Positions 34,774 to 43,190 of a stretch of 64,000 nucleotides of DNA are shown here, piece after piece. The number at the start of each line of letters is the position of its first letter. The stretch's first letter is position 1. The stretch comes from Gemmatimonadales bacterium. Its GTDB lineage: Bacteria; Gemmatimonadota; Gemmatimonadetes; Gemmatimonadales; GWC2-71-9. Position numbers and translations under genes: made by a program. The notes beneath the pieces are model-generated. The model searched no databases, was not told the DNA's origin, and was given only the letters and a program-made list of their open reading frames with translations. Location of the stretch: NCBI GenBank assembly GCA_035553475.1, contig DATNDQ010000062.1, positions 360 through 64,359 of the forward strand. The letters run 5' to 3'.

Positions 34774-37032
34774 TCAGTGCCGAGGTCCCATGAATACCAG
34801 CCGCTTGTAGAGCTGGGTGGTTCCACTGCGCAGTCTCAGGATGTACACCCCGGCGGGCACGAAGCGCCCGTCGTCGGCGCGGCCATCCCACGTGACCTGC
34901 GGGTCGCAGGTCGGACCGCCCAGGGGCCCTCGGCCGTAGCGGCCGGGTGGGAGAACACCCCCCAACGCTTGCCGGGGGATGATCCGGCGGATGAGGTCCC
35001 CCCGCAGATCGAGGATCTGGAGGTCGGTCTGCCCGGGAGTCGCGACGTCGAACCAGATGCAGGTCGAGTCCCGGCCGACCGCGGGGAACGGGTTGGGGAA
35101 GTTCTGATAGAGCAGGGTCACCTGCGGGGCCGAGGCGTCGAGGATGATGAAGACCCCGACCGAAGAAACCCGCGTCGTGTCGGGGCCGGCATGGACGGTC
35201 AGCCTCCAGAAGTACGGCGTGTTCTCCTCGAGCGCCACAGGGACCCGAAATGAGGTGACGCTGATGCCGCCGGCCCCGTACACCGGGATGGTCTGGCCGA
35301 GCCGGAAAATCTGGAGGTCGAACTGAAAGGGCCCCGGGGGCGACGCAATGCCCGGCACCGTCCAGGAGAAGGTCGGCTGGACCGAGTCGGTGGTGACGCC
35401 GGCCGAGTCGTTGAAGGTGACGAGGGTGGCCCAGGCGGGTACGGTGATCGGGCCGACGACGCCCGTGGTCGCGGTGACGCCCATGGCCGTCGCATCCACG
35501 CGCCAGTAAACCGGAGCCCCCGGTTTGAACGCCCGGCTCGGCAAGTACTGCGTGGCACTCCCCATCAGCGAATCCAGGATCGGGTTCGCGAGCAGTGAGT
35601 CGCGGGCGATGCGGAGGCGGTAGGCGACGGGTCCGGTGAAACCGGGCGTCGTTCCGACAGTCCAGCTGAATTGCGGCGTCACCGACGTGAGCGTGGGCGG
35701 CAGGGGTGACAGTGGGGTCACGCCATTCGGAAAGATGGCCGAAGCGGTGACGTCGGGCCGTCCCCATCCCCGGGTGGAGTCGGGCCCCGCCGCGTTGGCC
35801 GCGTAGCGACGGAGAGCGGAGCGCAGCGCCAGAGGGCCGAGCGTGGGCTGCGCCTCCTTCACCAGGGCCGCGGAGGCGGCGAGGATCGGCGTTGCGAAGG
35901 ACGTGCCGTTCAGTCGCCCCATGGTTCCGGTGCCGGTGACGGTGCAGACCGCCACGCCAGGGGCCGTGAGGTCGGGCTTCAGCCGGCCATCGGCGGTTGG
36001 TCCACGGCTCGAAAAGGAGGCGATGAGCCCCAGCGAATCTTCGGCACCCGCGGTGATGACCGACTTCGCGTCTCCCGGGGTCACCAGCGTGCGGAAGCCG
36101 GGCCCGCCGTTGCCGGCGGCCGTGACGACCAGGATCCCGTGGGCGGAGGCGCTCTCGGCAGCCACCGAGGTCACCGCGACGTCCCCATTGAGCTGACTCG
36201 GCGTATAGCTGAAGCCATTGTCGAAGGCGAAGTACCCGAGGCTCGACGAGACGATGTCGACGCCGATCGAGTCCGCCCATTCGAGCGCCGCGACGTAGTT
36301 GTCCTCCTCGATCCGGGTCTCCGACCGGACATCCTCAGTCTTCGCGAGCAAGTAGGACGCGCCGCGGGCGATTCCCACCAGGCGTCCGGAAACATTCCCG
36401 GCGAAGAGCGACCAGACCGCGGTGCCGTGAAACTGCGGGTCGAGGAGCAGGGAGTCGTTGGGCTGATTCCGCACCACCGAGTCTCCGAACACAAAGTCGT
36501 ATTGCGCGGTGACGGTGACGCCCGCGAACGCGGGATTCAACGTGTTGAACCCCGCGTCGAGGATGGCGATACGGACGCCGGTGCCATCGACGCCGTGATC
36601 CGCGAGCCCACGCAGGTCGAGCTGACGGTAGGGCATTTCGGAGGGTCCGTAGGTCGGGTCCCCCGCGGCGCCGCAGGTGTCGGCGGCCAGCACGATGGCG
36701 GCGCGGGCTGGAGTGGTGGGGTCAGGTCCGCGGCGCGCTCGCCAGCGTCCCAAGGGCTGAATCCGCTGGAACGACGGGTCTTGCGACAGGACGCGCAACG
36801 CGCTCGTCGAACCCGAGACACTGACCGCGTGGAGCCACCGGCTGGTACGGCGAATCTGCGCGCCCGCGGCGCTGGCCCGCGTGACCGCATGGTTCAGCGC
36901 GATCCCGGGTCGCACGAACAGCCAGACGGTGAACGTGGAGTCACGAGACCAGGCACGAGCCAGCGGGGCCGAAACCGCCGGGACGGTCCCGACGGCTCCA
37001 CGTTGGGCGTGCGCCGTGCCGCTCGCCAGCAC
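34774..37032 (-). CDS. S8 (subtilisin-like) serine peptidase with Por/FlgD-Ig type C-terminal sorting domain
   Basis: 752 aa with catalytic triad contexts IAILDAGF, HGTAV, GTSFATP. The C-terminus LYQNFPNPF...AGVYILRL matches the T9SS/FlgD-Ig CTD pattern. Probably extends to CTG 37077 (see findings). Confidence 0.88.
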   Translation of the reverse strand: MLASGTAHAQRGAVGTVPAVSAPLARAWSRDSTFTVWLFVRPGIALNHAVTRASAAGAQIRRTSRWLHAVSVSGSTSALRVLSQDPSFQRIQPLGRWRARRGPDPTTPARAAIVLAADTCGAAGDPTYGPSEMPYRQLDLRGLADHGVDGTGVRIAILDAGFNTLNPAFAGVTVTAQYDFVFGDSVVRNQPNDSLLLDPQFHGTAVWSLFAGNVSGRLVGIARGASYLLAKTEDVRSETRIEEDNYVAALEWADSIGVDIVSSSLGYFAFDNGFSYTPSQLNGDVAVTSVAAESASAHGILVVTAAGNGGPGFRTLVTPGDAKSVITAGAEDSLGLIASFSSRGPTADGRLKPDLTAPGVAVCTVTGTGTMGRLNGTSFATPILAASAALVKEAQPTLGPLALRSALRRYAANAAGPDSTRGWGRPDVTASAIFPNGVTPLSPLPPTLTSVTPQFSWTVGTTPGFTGPVAYRLRIARDSLLANPILDSLMGSATQYLPSRAFKPGAPVYWRVDATAMGVTATTGVVGPITVPAWATLVTFNDSAGVTTDSVQPTFSWTVPGIASPPGPFQFDLQIFRLGQTIPVYGAGGISVTSFRVPVALEENTPYFWRLTVHAGPDTTRVSSVGVFIILDASAPQVTLLYQNFPNPFPAVGRDSTCIWFDVATPGQTDLQILDLRGDLIRRIIPRQALGGVLPPGRYGRGPLGGPTCDPQVTWDGRADDGRFVPAGVYILRLRSGTTQLYKRLVFMGPRH

Positions 37033-37073
37033 GGTTCCGAGGAGGATCCCCCGGATGACGGCGGCGCGGGAGC

Positions 37074-40000
37074 TCAGGCGGTGCGCTCGAGCTGTCCCAG
37101 CCGGACGCCCACGATGGTGGAGACGCCCGGTTCCTGCATGGTCACGCCGTAGACGGCGTCGGCGGCCTGCATGGTGCGGGGATTGTGCGTGATGACGATG
37201 AACTGGGTCGACGTCTTGAACTCCGAGAGGAGCCGGACGTAGCGGCCGACGTTGGCGTCATCGAGGGGCGCGTCCACCTCGTCCAGCAGACAGAAGGGAC
37301 TGGGACGGGTGAGGAAGATCGAGAAGAGCAGGGACACGGCCACCAGGGTTCTCTCGCCCGACGAGAGGAGATGGATCCGCTGGGTCCGCTTGCCGCGGGG
37401 CGCCGCGTGGATCTCGATCTCCGAGTCGAGGGGCTCGTCCTCGTTGGCCAGCCGCACGTCGCACTCGCCGCCGCCGAAGAGCGTCTGGAAGACGCTCCGG
37501 AAATTCTCGCGGACCTTGCCGAACGACTCGAGGAACAGGGCCTTCGCGGTCTGGTCGATTTCCCGGGCCGCCTGCTGGAGCGACGACCGGGCGGCCACCA
37601 GGTCATCCCGCTGGGTCATCAGGAACTCGAGCCGCTTGACCTCCTCGGCGTGCTCCTCGACCGCGAGCGCGTTGACGGGGCCGACCTGCTCGATGGCGTT
37701 CTTCAGCCGCTCGTTCTCCGAACGGAGCCACTCGAGATCACCTTCGACCTCGGGAGCCTCAGCCAGGAGCTGGTCGAGCGACTTCTTCCATTCCACTTCT
37801 ACGCGTTCCGCCAGACCGCGTTTGCGGCCATCCACCTCGGTCCGTTCGACCTCGAGCCGGTGGGCTTCATCCCCCAGGGCGTCGAGCGCGACCCGCGCCT
37901 CGTTCAAGGCGTTCTCGGCGGCCGTCACACCGGCCTCTGCCTCCGAGACCGCGGAGCCCGCGCCCTCGGTGGCGCCTTCGAGCTCGGCGAGCGCGATCCG
38001 GCGCTCCTGGAGACTGTCTTCCCAGCCGCTCCGTTCCGTCGTCAAGGACGCCGTATCGCGATCGATGGACTCGATTTCGCTCGCCAGCGCCACGGCGTGC
38101 TGCCGGAGCGCCTCGGCATCCTGGGCCGCCCGTCCCGTGCGCTCCCGGGCCGCCGCGAGCCGGGCCTCGACTTGCGCGGCGTCGACTTGCCAGTGGACTC
38201 GCTGCTCGCGCGCCGCTTCCTGCTCGGCTTCGAGCCCCGCGAGTGTCGCGCGCTCGGCGGACAGCCGCTCGTCCGCGCGCATCCGCTCGATTTCCAGGGC
38301 CTGGAGGTCCGCCGTCAGAGTTCCGAGGCGGGCATCCACGTCTTCGAGACGGCGGGTCAGGCGGTCGGACTGCGCCGCGGCCTCGCCGGCATCCCGGCGC
38401 GCGTGCGCCGCGGCGCGCTCGGCCTCACCCTTCTGCGCGCCCGTTTCGAGCTCGAGGTGCCGCTCCCGCTCCGCCGTTTCGCCGGCCTCCGTCACCGCCG
38501 CCTCGGCGGCCGCGACGTCGCGCGTCGCGGCGTCCAGATCGGATTCGGCGCGCGCGCTCGCCTTGGTGGCTTCGGTGATTTCCTGCTCGAGCTGCTCCAG
38601 CTCCGCGCGGCGCTGCAGCGGGCCCGCGGACCCCGCGGAGTCGAGGAATACGGCGCCGTTCGCGCGCTTCAAGGCGCGAGCGCCCGACATGACTTCGTGA
38701 CCGGCGAGTAACGCCCGGACCCAGGCGACCGCCGGACCGTCGACGCGGAGGTCATCCTTCAGCGGATGCCCATCGGCACCCTGGCGCGGCCCGGGATAGC
38801 AGGGGAGGAGGACGAGAGGACCAGGCTGGGCGCTCTCGTGCCAGCGCTGAATTTCCGCGATGGCCGATTCGTCCCGGACCAGTACCCCATGCAGCCACTC
38901 GCCCAGCAGGCGCTCGGCCAGCTCCGCATCGCGCCGGCTGGTGCGCACGAAATCCGACAGGGGACCGACGACCGCATCCCCGAACTGTGATTTCACCTTG
39001 AGCAGAGCCTGCGCCGCGGGCGCGAGACCGACGCGCTCGCGATCGAGCTCGGTGAGGGCCTCGCGCCGGGCGGTGAGCTGGGCGAGCGCCTCTTCGGCCC
39101 GGCGACGGGTGGTTCGGGCCGCTACCTCCGCCTCCTGGAGGCTCGCCAACCTCTGCCGGGCCTGTTGCAGCGCTTCGACCGCACGTACCGCTGCCTGGGC
39201 CTGCGCCGCGGCGCGCTGCGTCTGCGCCTGCGCCGCCGACTGCGCGGCCGTCGCCGCCTGCTCACGGGTGCCGCGCTCCGCGGATGCCCGCGCCGCCTGC
39301 TCGCGCAGCTCACCGCGTTCGCGCTCGAGCAGGGTCCGCTCGGCGTCGGCGGCATGGGCGCGCTCGACGTGCTTGCGGAGCTCGTCGTCCTGGAGGCGGA
39401 CGGCATCCCGCGCGCGCACGAGGCGTTCACGCACCTCCGCCTCCAGCGCGGTACGGCCTTCCAGCTCGGTGCGCACCGTCGTGAGGTCCGTCTCGGCGGA
39501 GGTGCACTCCGACTGTGCCGCGTCGCGCTCCCGCTCGGCCTGGGCGGCGCGCTGCTCGTCCTGGGCGCGCTCCTCGCCGGCGCGGCCACGGCGTTCCGAC
39601 GCGTTCGCGAGACGCTCGGCCGCGAGCTTCAGGTCACCCTCGAGCCGTCCCACCGCGATTCGGGCGTCGGCCAGCCGGCGCTCGACTTCGGTGCGGGCGG
39701 CTTCCGCGGTATGCCGACCTTGCACCTGCGCCTCGCGCTCGCGCTCCGCGTCCGCCAGGCGTTGGCGGGCGGCGGGCATGTTCTCGTCGAGCTCGCGCGT
39801 GCGGACACCGAGCGCGCCGAGGGCGAGGTCGAGGTCTTCCATTTCGCGGCGAACGAGCGTCATGGCCACCCCGAAGCGCTCGTCGATCATCTTCACGTAG
39901 CGCTCCGCCTTGCCGCGCTGACGGGCGAGAGAGCGCACCTGGGTCTGCACTTCTGAAATCAGATCTTCGAGCCGCGCCAGGTCGGTCGCGGTTTCTTCGA

Positions 40001-40541
40001 GCCGGCGCTCCGTGCTGCGCTTCCGGTCCCGGTACAGGCCGATCCCGGCCGCTTCTTCGAACAACCCACGCCGCTCTTCAGCTTTTTCCGAGAGCAGGGC
40101 GTCGATCATTTTCGCTTCCATCACCACGGCCGCGTCGGCGCCCAGTCCCGTGCCACGCAGCAGGTCCTGAATGTCACGCAGCCGGACCGGTGACCGGTTC
40201 AGCAGGTAGTCACTCTGGCCGGACCGGGAGAGGCGGCGGGTGACGACCACTTCCTGATAGGCGATGGGGAGCACGCCGTCGGAGTTGTCGAACACCAGCG
40301 AGACTTCGACGACGTTGACGGGCCGGCGTCCGGTGGAGCCCTGGAAGATCACGTCTTCCATCTTCCCGCCCCGGAGGAGCCGCGGAGACTGTTCGCCGAG
40401 GACCCAGCGGACGGCGTCCGAGATGTTGGACTTGCCGCATCCGTTGGGGCCGACGATGGCCGTGACGCCGAGATCGAAGGGCAGTTCCACCGAGCCGGCG
40501 AACGACTTGAACCCGGACAACTCCAACCGCGTCAGTCTCAT
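37074..40541 (-). CDS. smc: Chromosome segregation protein SMC
   Basis: 1155 aa with Walker A GPNGCGKSN, long coiled coils, a hinge, signature LSSGERTL and Walker B FCLLDEVDAPLD. Confidence 0.95.
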   Translation of the reverse strand: MRLTRLELSGFKSFAGSVELPFDLGVTAIVGPNGCGKSNISDAVRWVLGEQSPRLLRGGKMEDVIFQGSTGRRPVNVVEVSLVFDNSDGVLPIAYQEVVVTRRLSRSGQSDYLLNRSPVRLRDIQDLLRGTGLGADAAVVMEAKMIDALLSEKAEERRGLFEEAAGIGLYRDRKRSTERRLEETATDLARLEDLISEVQTQVRSLARQRGKAERYVKMIDERFGVAMTLVRREMEDLDLALGALGVRTRELDENMPAARQRLADAEREREAQVQGRHTAEAARTEVERRLADARIAVGRLEGDLKLAAERLANASERRGRAGEERAQDEQRAAQAERERDAAQSECTSAETDLTTVRTELEGRTALEAEVRERLVRARDAVRLQDDELRKHVERAHAADAERTLLERERGELREQAARASAERGTREQAATAAQSAAQAQTQRAAAQAQAAVRAVEALQQARQRLASLQEAEVAARTTRRRAEEALAQLTARREALTELDRERVGLAPAAQALLKVKSQFGDAVVGPLSDFVRTSRRDAELAERLLGEWLHGVLVRDESAIAEIQRWHESAQPGPLVLLPCYPGPRQGADGHPLKDDLRVDGPAVAWVRALLAGHEVMSGARALKRANGAVFLDSAGSAGPLQRRAELEQLEQEITEATKASARAESDLDAATRDVAAAEAAVTEAGETAERERHLELETGAQKGEAERAAAHARRDAGEAAAQSDRLTRRLEDVDARLGTLTADLQALEIERMRADERLSAERATLAGLEAEQEAAREQRVHWQVDAAQVEARLAAARERTGRAAQDAEALRQHAVALASEIESIDRDTASLTTERSGWEDSLQERRIALAELEGATEGAGSAVSEAEAGVTAAENALNEARVALDALGDEAHRLEVERTEVDGRKRGLAERVEVEWKKSLDQLLAEAPEVEGDLEWLRSENERLKNAIEQVGPVNALAVEEHAEEVKRLEFLMTQRDDLVAARSSLQQAAREIDQTAKALFLESFGKVRENFRSVFQTLFGGGECDVRLANEDEPLDSEIEIHAAPRGKRTQRIHLLSSGERTLVAVSLLFSIFLTRPSPFCLLDEVDAPLDDANVGRYVRLLSEFKTSTQFIVITHNPRTMQAADAVYGVTMQEPGVSTIVGVRLGQLERTA

Positions 40542-41725
40542 GGCGTGGTCCCCATACGGGTGATGAGTGTGGCCGTGACGCCGGCACCGCCGAGAGCGGC
40601 GGCCGCGGCACTGGCTTGTTCGGGTGTTTCAAAAGCACCGACGAGCTGCAGGCCGGAGCCGCCCCAGCGTACCGGGGGCACTCCCAGGTGCCGCAGGGAA
40701 TCGAGCGACGGCTTTCCAGCGGCGTTCAGCTGAAGCGAAAACGGTGCGTGCAGGAGCTCCCCCTGACCGGTGGGTGCGAGACCGCGCCTCCACAGGTCGG
40801 CGCGGGCGGCGGCGGCTCCCTGGCGCGTCGCGTAGGCGCCCACGAGTACGCGATACCACAGTGCGCCCGACGCATCGAGCGCGAGCGGCGTGACGAACGT
40901 CCCCACGCCCTCTTCGGTCAAGCGGTCTGCCGCCGCTACCGCCTTCTCAGGAGCACCATAGGCCGCCAGCTGCACGGTCCACGGGAGGGAATCGGCGCGA
41001 GGCGCGGCGATGATGGGCGCGGCATGCGGGACGCGCTCGGCACCACGCCCCAGGATGGTCCACCCGACTGCCCCAAGCAGAATGAGCCCGAGGCCGGCCG
41101 CCACGGGGCCCCAGGTGCGGCGCCGAGGAGCGGTCCCGGATCGGGACGCGAACGCGGGTCGAGTGAGGCGGGGGGCCGCTTCAGGTCCGCTGACCACCGC
41201 GAGGATTTCGGCATCGCGGGCGGGGGGCTGAAATCCGGCGGCTGCTTCGCCGACGGGCGTCAACAACACCACACCGTCGGGCGCGGAACCGAGCTGATCG
41301 ACCGTTGACGCGGAGCAGAAGACGAAGAGCAGGGCGTTCTCGGACCGGAACCCGGCATGCAGCGCCCGCCAGCGCGGATGCGCGAGAACGGCATCCGGAT
41401 CGGGCGCGTCCCCGCCCGTTCCGATGAAGAACACCCGGTCGACCTCGCGCGCCACCAGGTCCCAGGACCGGTCATACTCGAGCGCGTCCACGACTCCTTC
41501 GCCGGCAACGAGCTGAGCGACGCGATGCAGGGTGGGATCGGCGAGGCGCAGGTCGACCAGGGCGACGCGCCGGTTCACGGCACACCCCCGCGCGATGTCC
41601 CAGGCGGCGCGTCCCGCCCACTCGAGGTCGGAGCCTAGCGGCACGAGCGCGATCAGCGTCTTCCCCGTCAGCAGGGGGGGAACCGAGAGCTGCGCGTCGC
41701 CGCGCGTGACGTCTCGCGTGGTCAC
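40538..41725 (-). CDS. Bitopic SPOR-domain protein with cytoplasmic degenerate MinD/ParA/BY-kinase-like domain
   Basis: 395 aa with TM helix WGPVAAGLGLILLGAVGWTIL and two C-terminal SPOR-like repeats (LPWTVQLAAYGAPEKA...YRVLVGAYATRQGA). The N-terminal ~180 aa resemble a P-loop NTPase scaffold (RRVALVDLRLADPTLHRV...FIGTGGDAPDP) without an intact Walker A. ATGA/GTGA overlaps on both sides. Confidence 0.8.
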   Translation of the reverse strand: MTTRDVTRGDAQLSVPPLLTGKTLIALVPLGSDLEWAGRAAWDIARGCAVNRRVALVDLRLADPTLHRVAQLVAGEGVVDALEYDRSWDLVAREVDRVFFIGTGGDAPDPDAVLAHPRWRALHAGFRSENALLFVFCSASTVDQLGSAPDGVVLLTPVGEAAAGFQPPARDAEILAVVSGPEAAPRLTRPAFASRSGTAPRRRTWGPVAAGLGLILLGAVGWTILGRGAERVPHAAPIIAAPRADSLPWTVQLAAYGAPEKAVAAADRLTEEGVGTFVTPLALDASGALWYRVLVGAYATRQGAAAARADLWRRGLAPTGQGELLHAPFSLQLNAAGKPSLDSLRHLGVPPVRWGGSGLQLVGAFETPEQASAAAAALGGAGVTATLITRMGTTP

Positions 41726-43128
41726 TGTGGCGGCTGGTAGATCCAGTACGGGCGTCCCAGTTTGCGGCCGATATCCTCGGCCTGCTCGCGAGTCGCATAG
41801 GGTCCCAGCACCACGCGATAGCCGTCATCCGTCGACGTCGGGGGCAGCACCTTCGCCTGCAGGCCGGCGCGCGACAGCTGCTGCGCCATGCCGTCAGACC
41901 ATTCCTTGTTCTGCGAGATGGAGACCTGGACGTAGAGTGCGCCGGCGGCGGTGTCGCCCGCGGCTGCGGCAGGTCCCGGCGCGTCCGCGAGCGCCGCGGA
42001 GCGAGACGAACCGCTCGGAATCCATCCGGTCGCGACCCAAAGATCGCCGGCGGCACCACTCACCTTGCCGACCTGTTGACCCGAGTCGGGCCGGATCGCG
42101 ACGACGTCGGTTCCTTGCCGCACCAGAACGGTTCCGTCCAGTGAGACCACCGGCAAATCCTCGCCCCATGCAGTGGCGACCGTCGCCGTGAGCGTCTTCG
42201 TCGGCAGATCCACGATCCACACCGTGTCACCGATTCCCGCTTGCGCCAGAAGCCAACGCCCCAGTGGATCGAGCCGCAGGGCGCGCGCCATTCCCGGCAG
42301 CGCGACGCCATCCAGTTCATCGCGCGAAAACCGGTCTACTACCGCGAGCCCGAATCCGGTCTTCCGGCTCACGTAGAGACGATGCCCGGCAGGCGAGAAC
42401 GCGATACTCGTGGGGTGGTCGGGGAGCGGAACGAAGGCCGGGGCGCGCCTTCCGACCGGTTCGATGAGTACGAGTCCCGAATCGGTCGCCGATGCCACTT
42501 CGTCACCGAAGCGCGCGGCCTCGACGACACCTGATCCCGGGTAGGGGCGCATCACCGCGGGCTGGTCGAGTGCTTCGGCGACCAGCCGCGGTTTCTTCTC
42601 CGAGGTGACCGCGATGAGCCGTTGATCGGCGCCCCCGAAAATCGCCGCGGGGGTTGCGGCGAGCGGTTGTGGCCACACCGTCTTCGAGCGATGCGAGTAG
42701 CTCACGACGCGCTTCTTCGCATCGATGGTGAAGAGCGTGCCGTCGGGGCCGAGGGCGGCCATGGTCACACCCGTGGCGACGGTGTCGGCGCGGCCGCTCT
42801 GAAGGTCGTAGGCGATCGCTTCGCCCTTGGCCGAATGGAGAAACAGCAGGCCGTCAGCGTCGTCGGTGCCGATAACGCGATCCACGGCCGGTAGGCGTCC
42901 CCGCAGCGTTCCGGGGAGCTCGGCGAGGGTCGGGAGACGATAGAGCCTCGGGGTGCCGCCCTTGGCGGACAGGCGAACCAGGACCGCGGCAGAGCGGCCC
43001 TCGGTGCGAGCTGCCGGCTTAACTGGTTGTGCCTGCTTGGCTTGCGCGGATGCGGGTGCCGGTGTGTGGGAGTGGCAACTCCCCAACACCACGGTCGCCA
43101 GGATGAGACACGCGGGGCGGGTAGACAA
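41722..43128 (-). CDS. Lipoprotein with beta-propeller-like repeats and C-terminal SPOR domain
   Basis: 468 aa with TTG start and lipobox VVLGSC. YVTN-like repeats (LYVSRKTGFGLAVVD, VWIVDLPTKTL). C-terminal SPOR (YVQVSISQNKEW...YRVVLGPYATREQAEDI). Confidence 0.75.
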   Translation of the reverse strand: MSTRPACLILATVVLGSCHSHTPAPASAQAKQAQPVKPAARTEGRSAAVLVRLSAKGGTPRLYRLPTLAELPGTLRGRLPAVDRVIGTDDADGLLFLHSAKGEAIAYDLQSGRADTVATGVTMAALGPDGTLFTIDAKKRVVSYSHRSKTVWPQPLAATPAAIFGGADQRLIAVTSEKKPRLVAEALDQPAVMRPYPGSGVVEAARFGDEVASATDSGLVLIEPVGRRAPAFVPLPDHPTSIAFSPAGHRLYVSRKTGFGLAVVDRFSRDELDGVALPGMARALRLDPLGRWLLAQAGIGDTVWIVDLPTKTLTATVATAWGEDLPVVSLDGTVLVRQGTDVVAIRPDSGQQVGKVSGAAGDLWVATGWIPSGSSRSAALADAPGPAAAAGDTAAGALYVQVSISQNKEWSDGMAQQLSRAGLQAKVLPPTSTDDGYRVVLGPYATREQAEDIGRKLGRPYWIYQPPQ

Positions 43129-43130
43129 AT

Positions 43131-43164
43131 GGCCTCGCCGACAAAATAGGAAGTCGGCGAGGCC
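43131..43164 (-). terminator. Perfect 12-bp hairpin downstream of the Omp85-fusion gene
   Basis: ggcctcgccgac / gtcggcgaggcc with a 10-nt A-rich loop. On the minus strand it is followed by atttgtc. It ends 3 nt before the next gene's TTG start. Confidence 0.5.
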
Positions 43165-43190
43165 GGGGCAAGTGGTTCAGCCGAACGGAG

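Noticed and set aside
37185-40243. Multiple 240-510-aa ORFs on both strands inside smc (e.g. 37185..38711, 38860..39900, 39515..40243)
   Set aside because: They are alternative frames of the SMC coiled-coil region. Their Ala/Arg/Ser-rich products are low complexity, and SMC itself is fully supported by its Walker A, signature and Walker B motifs.
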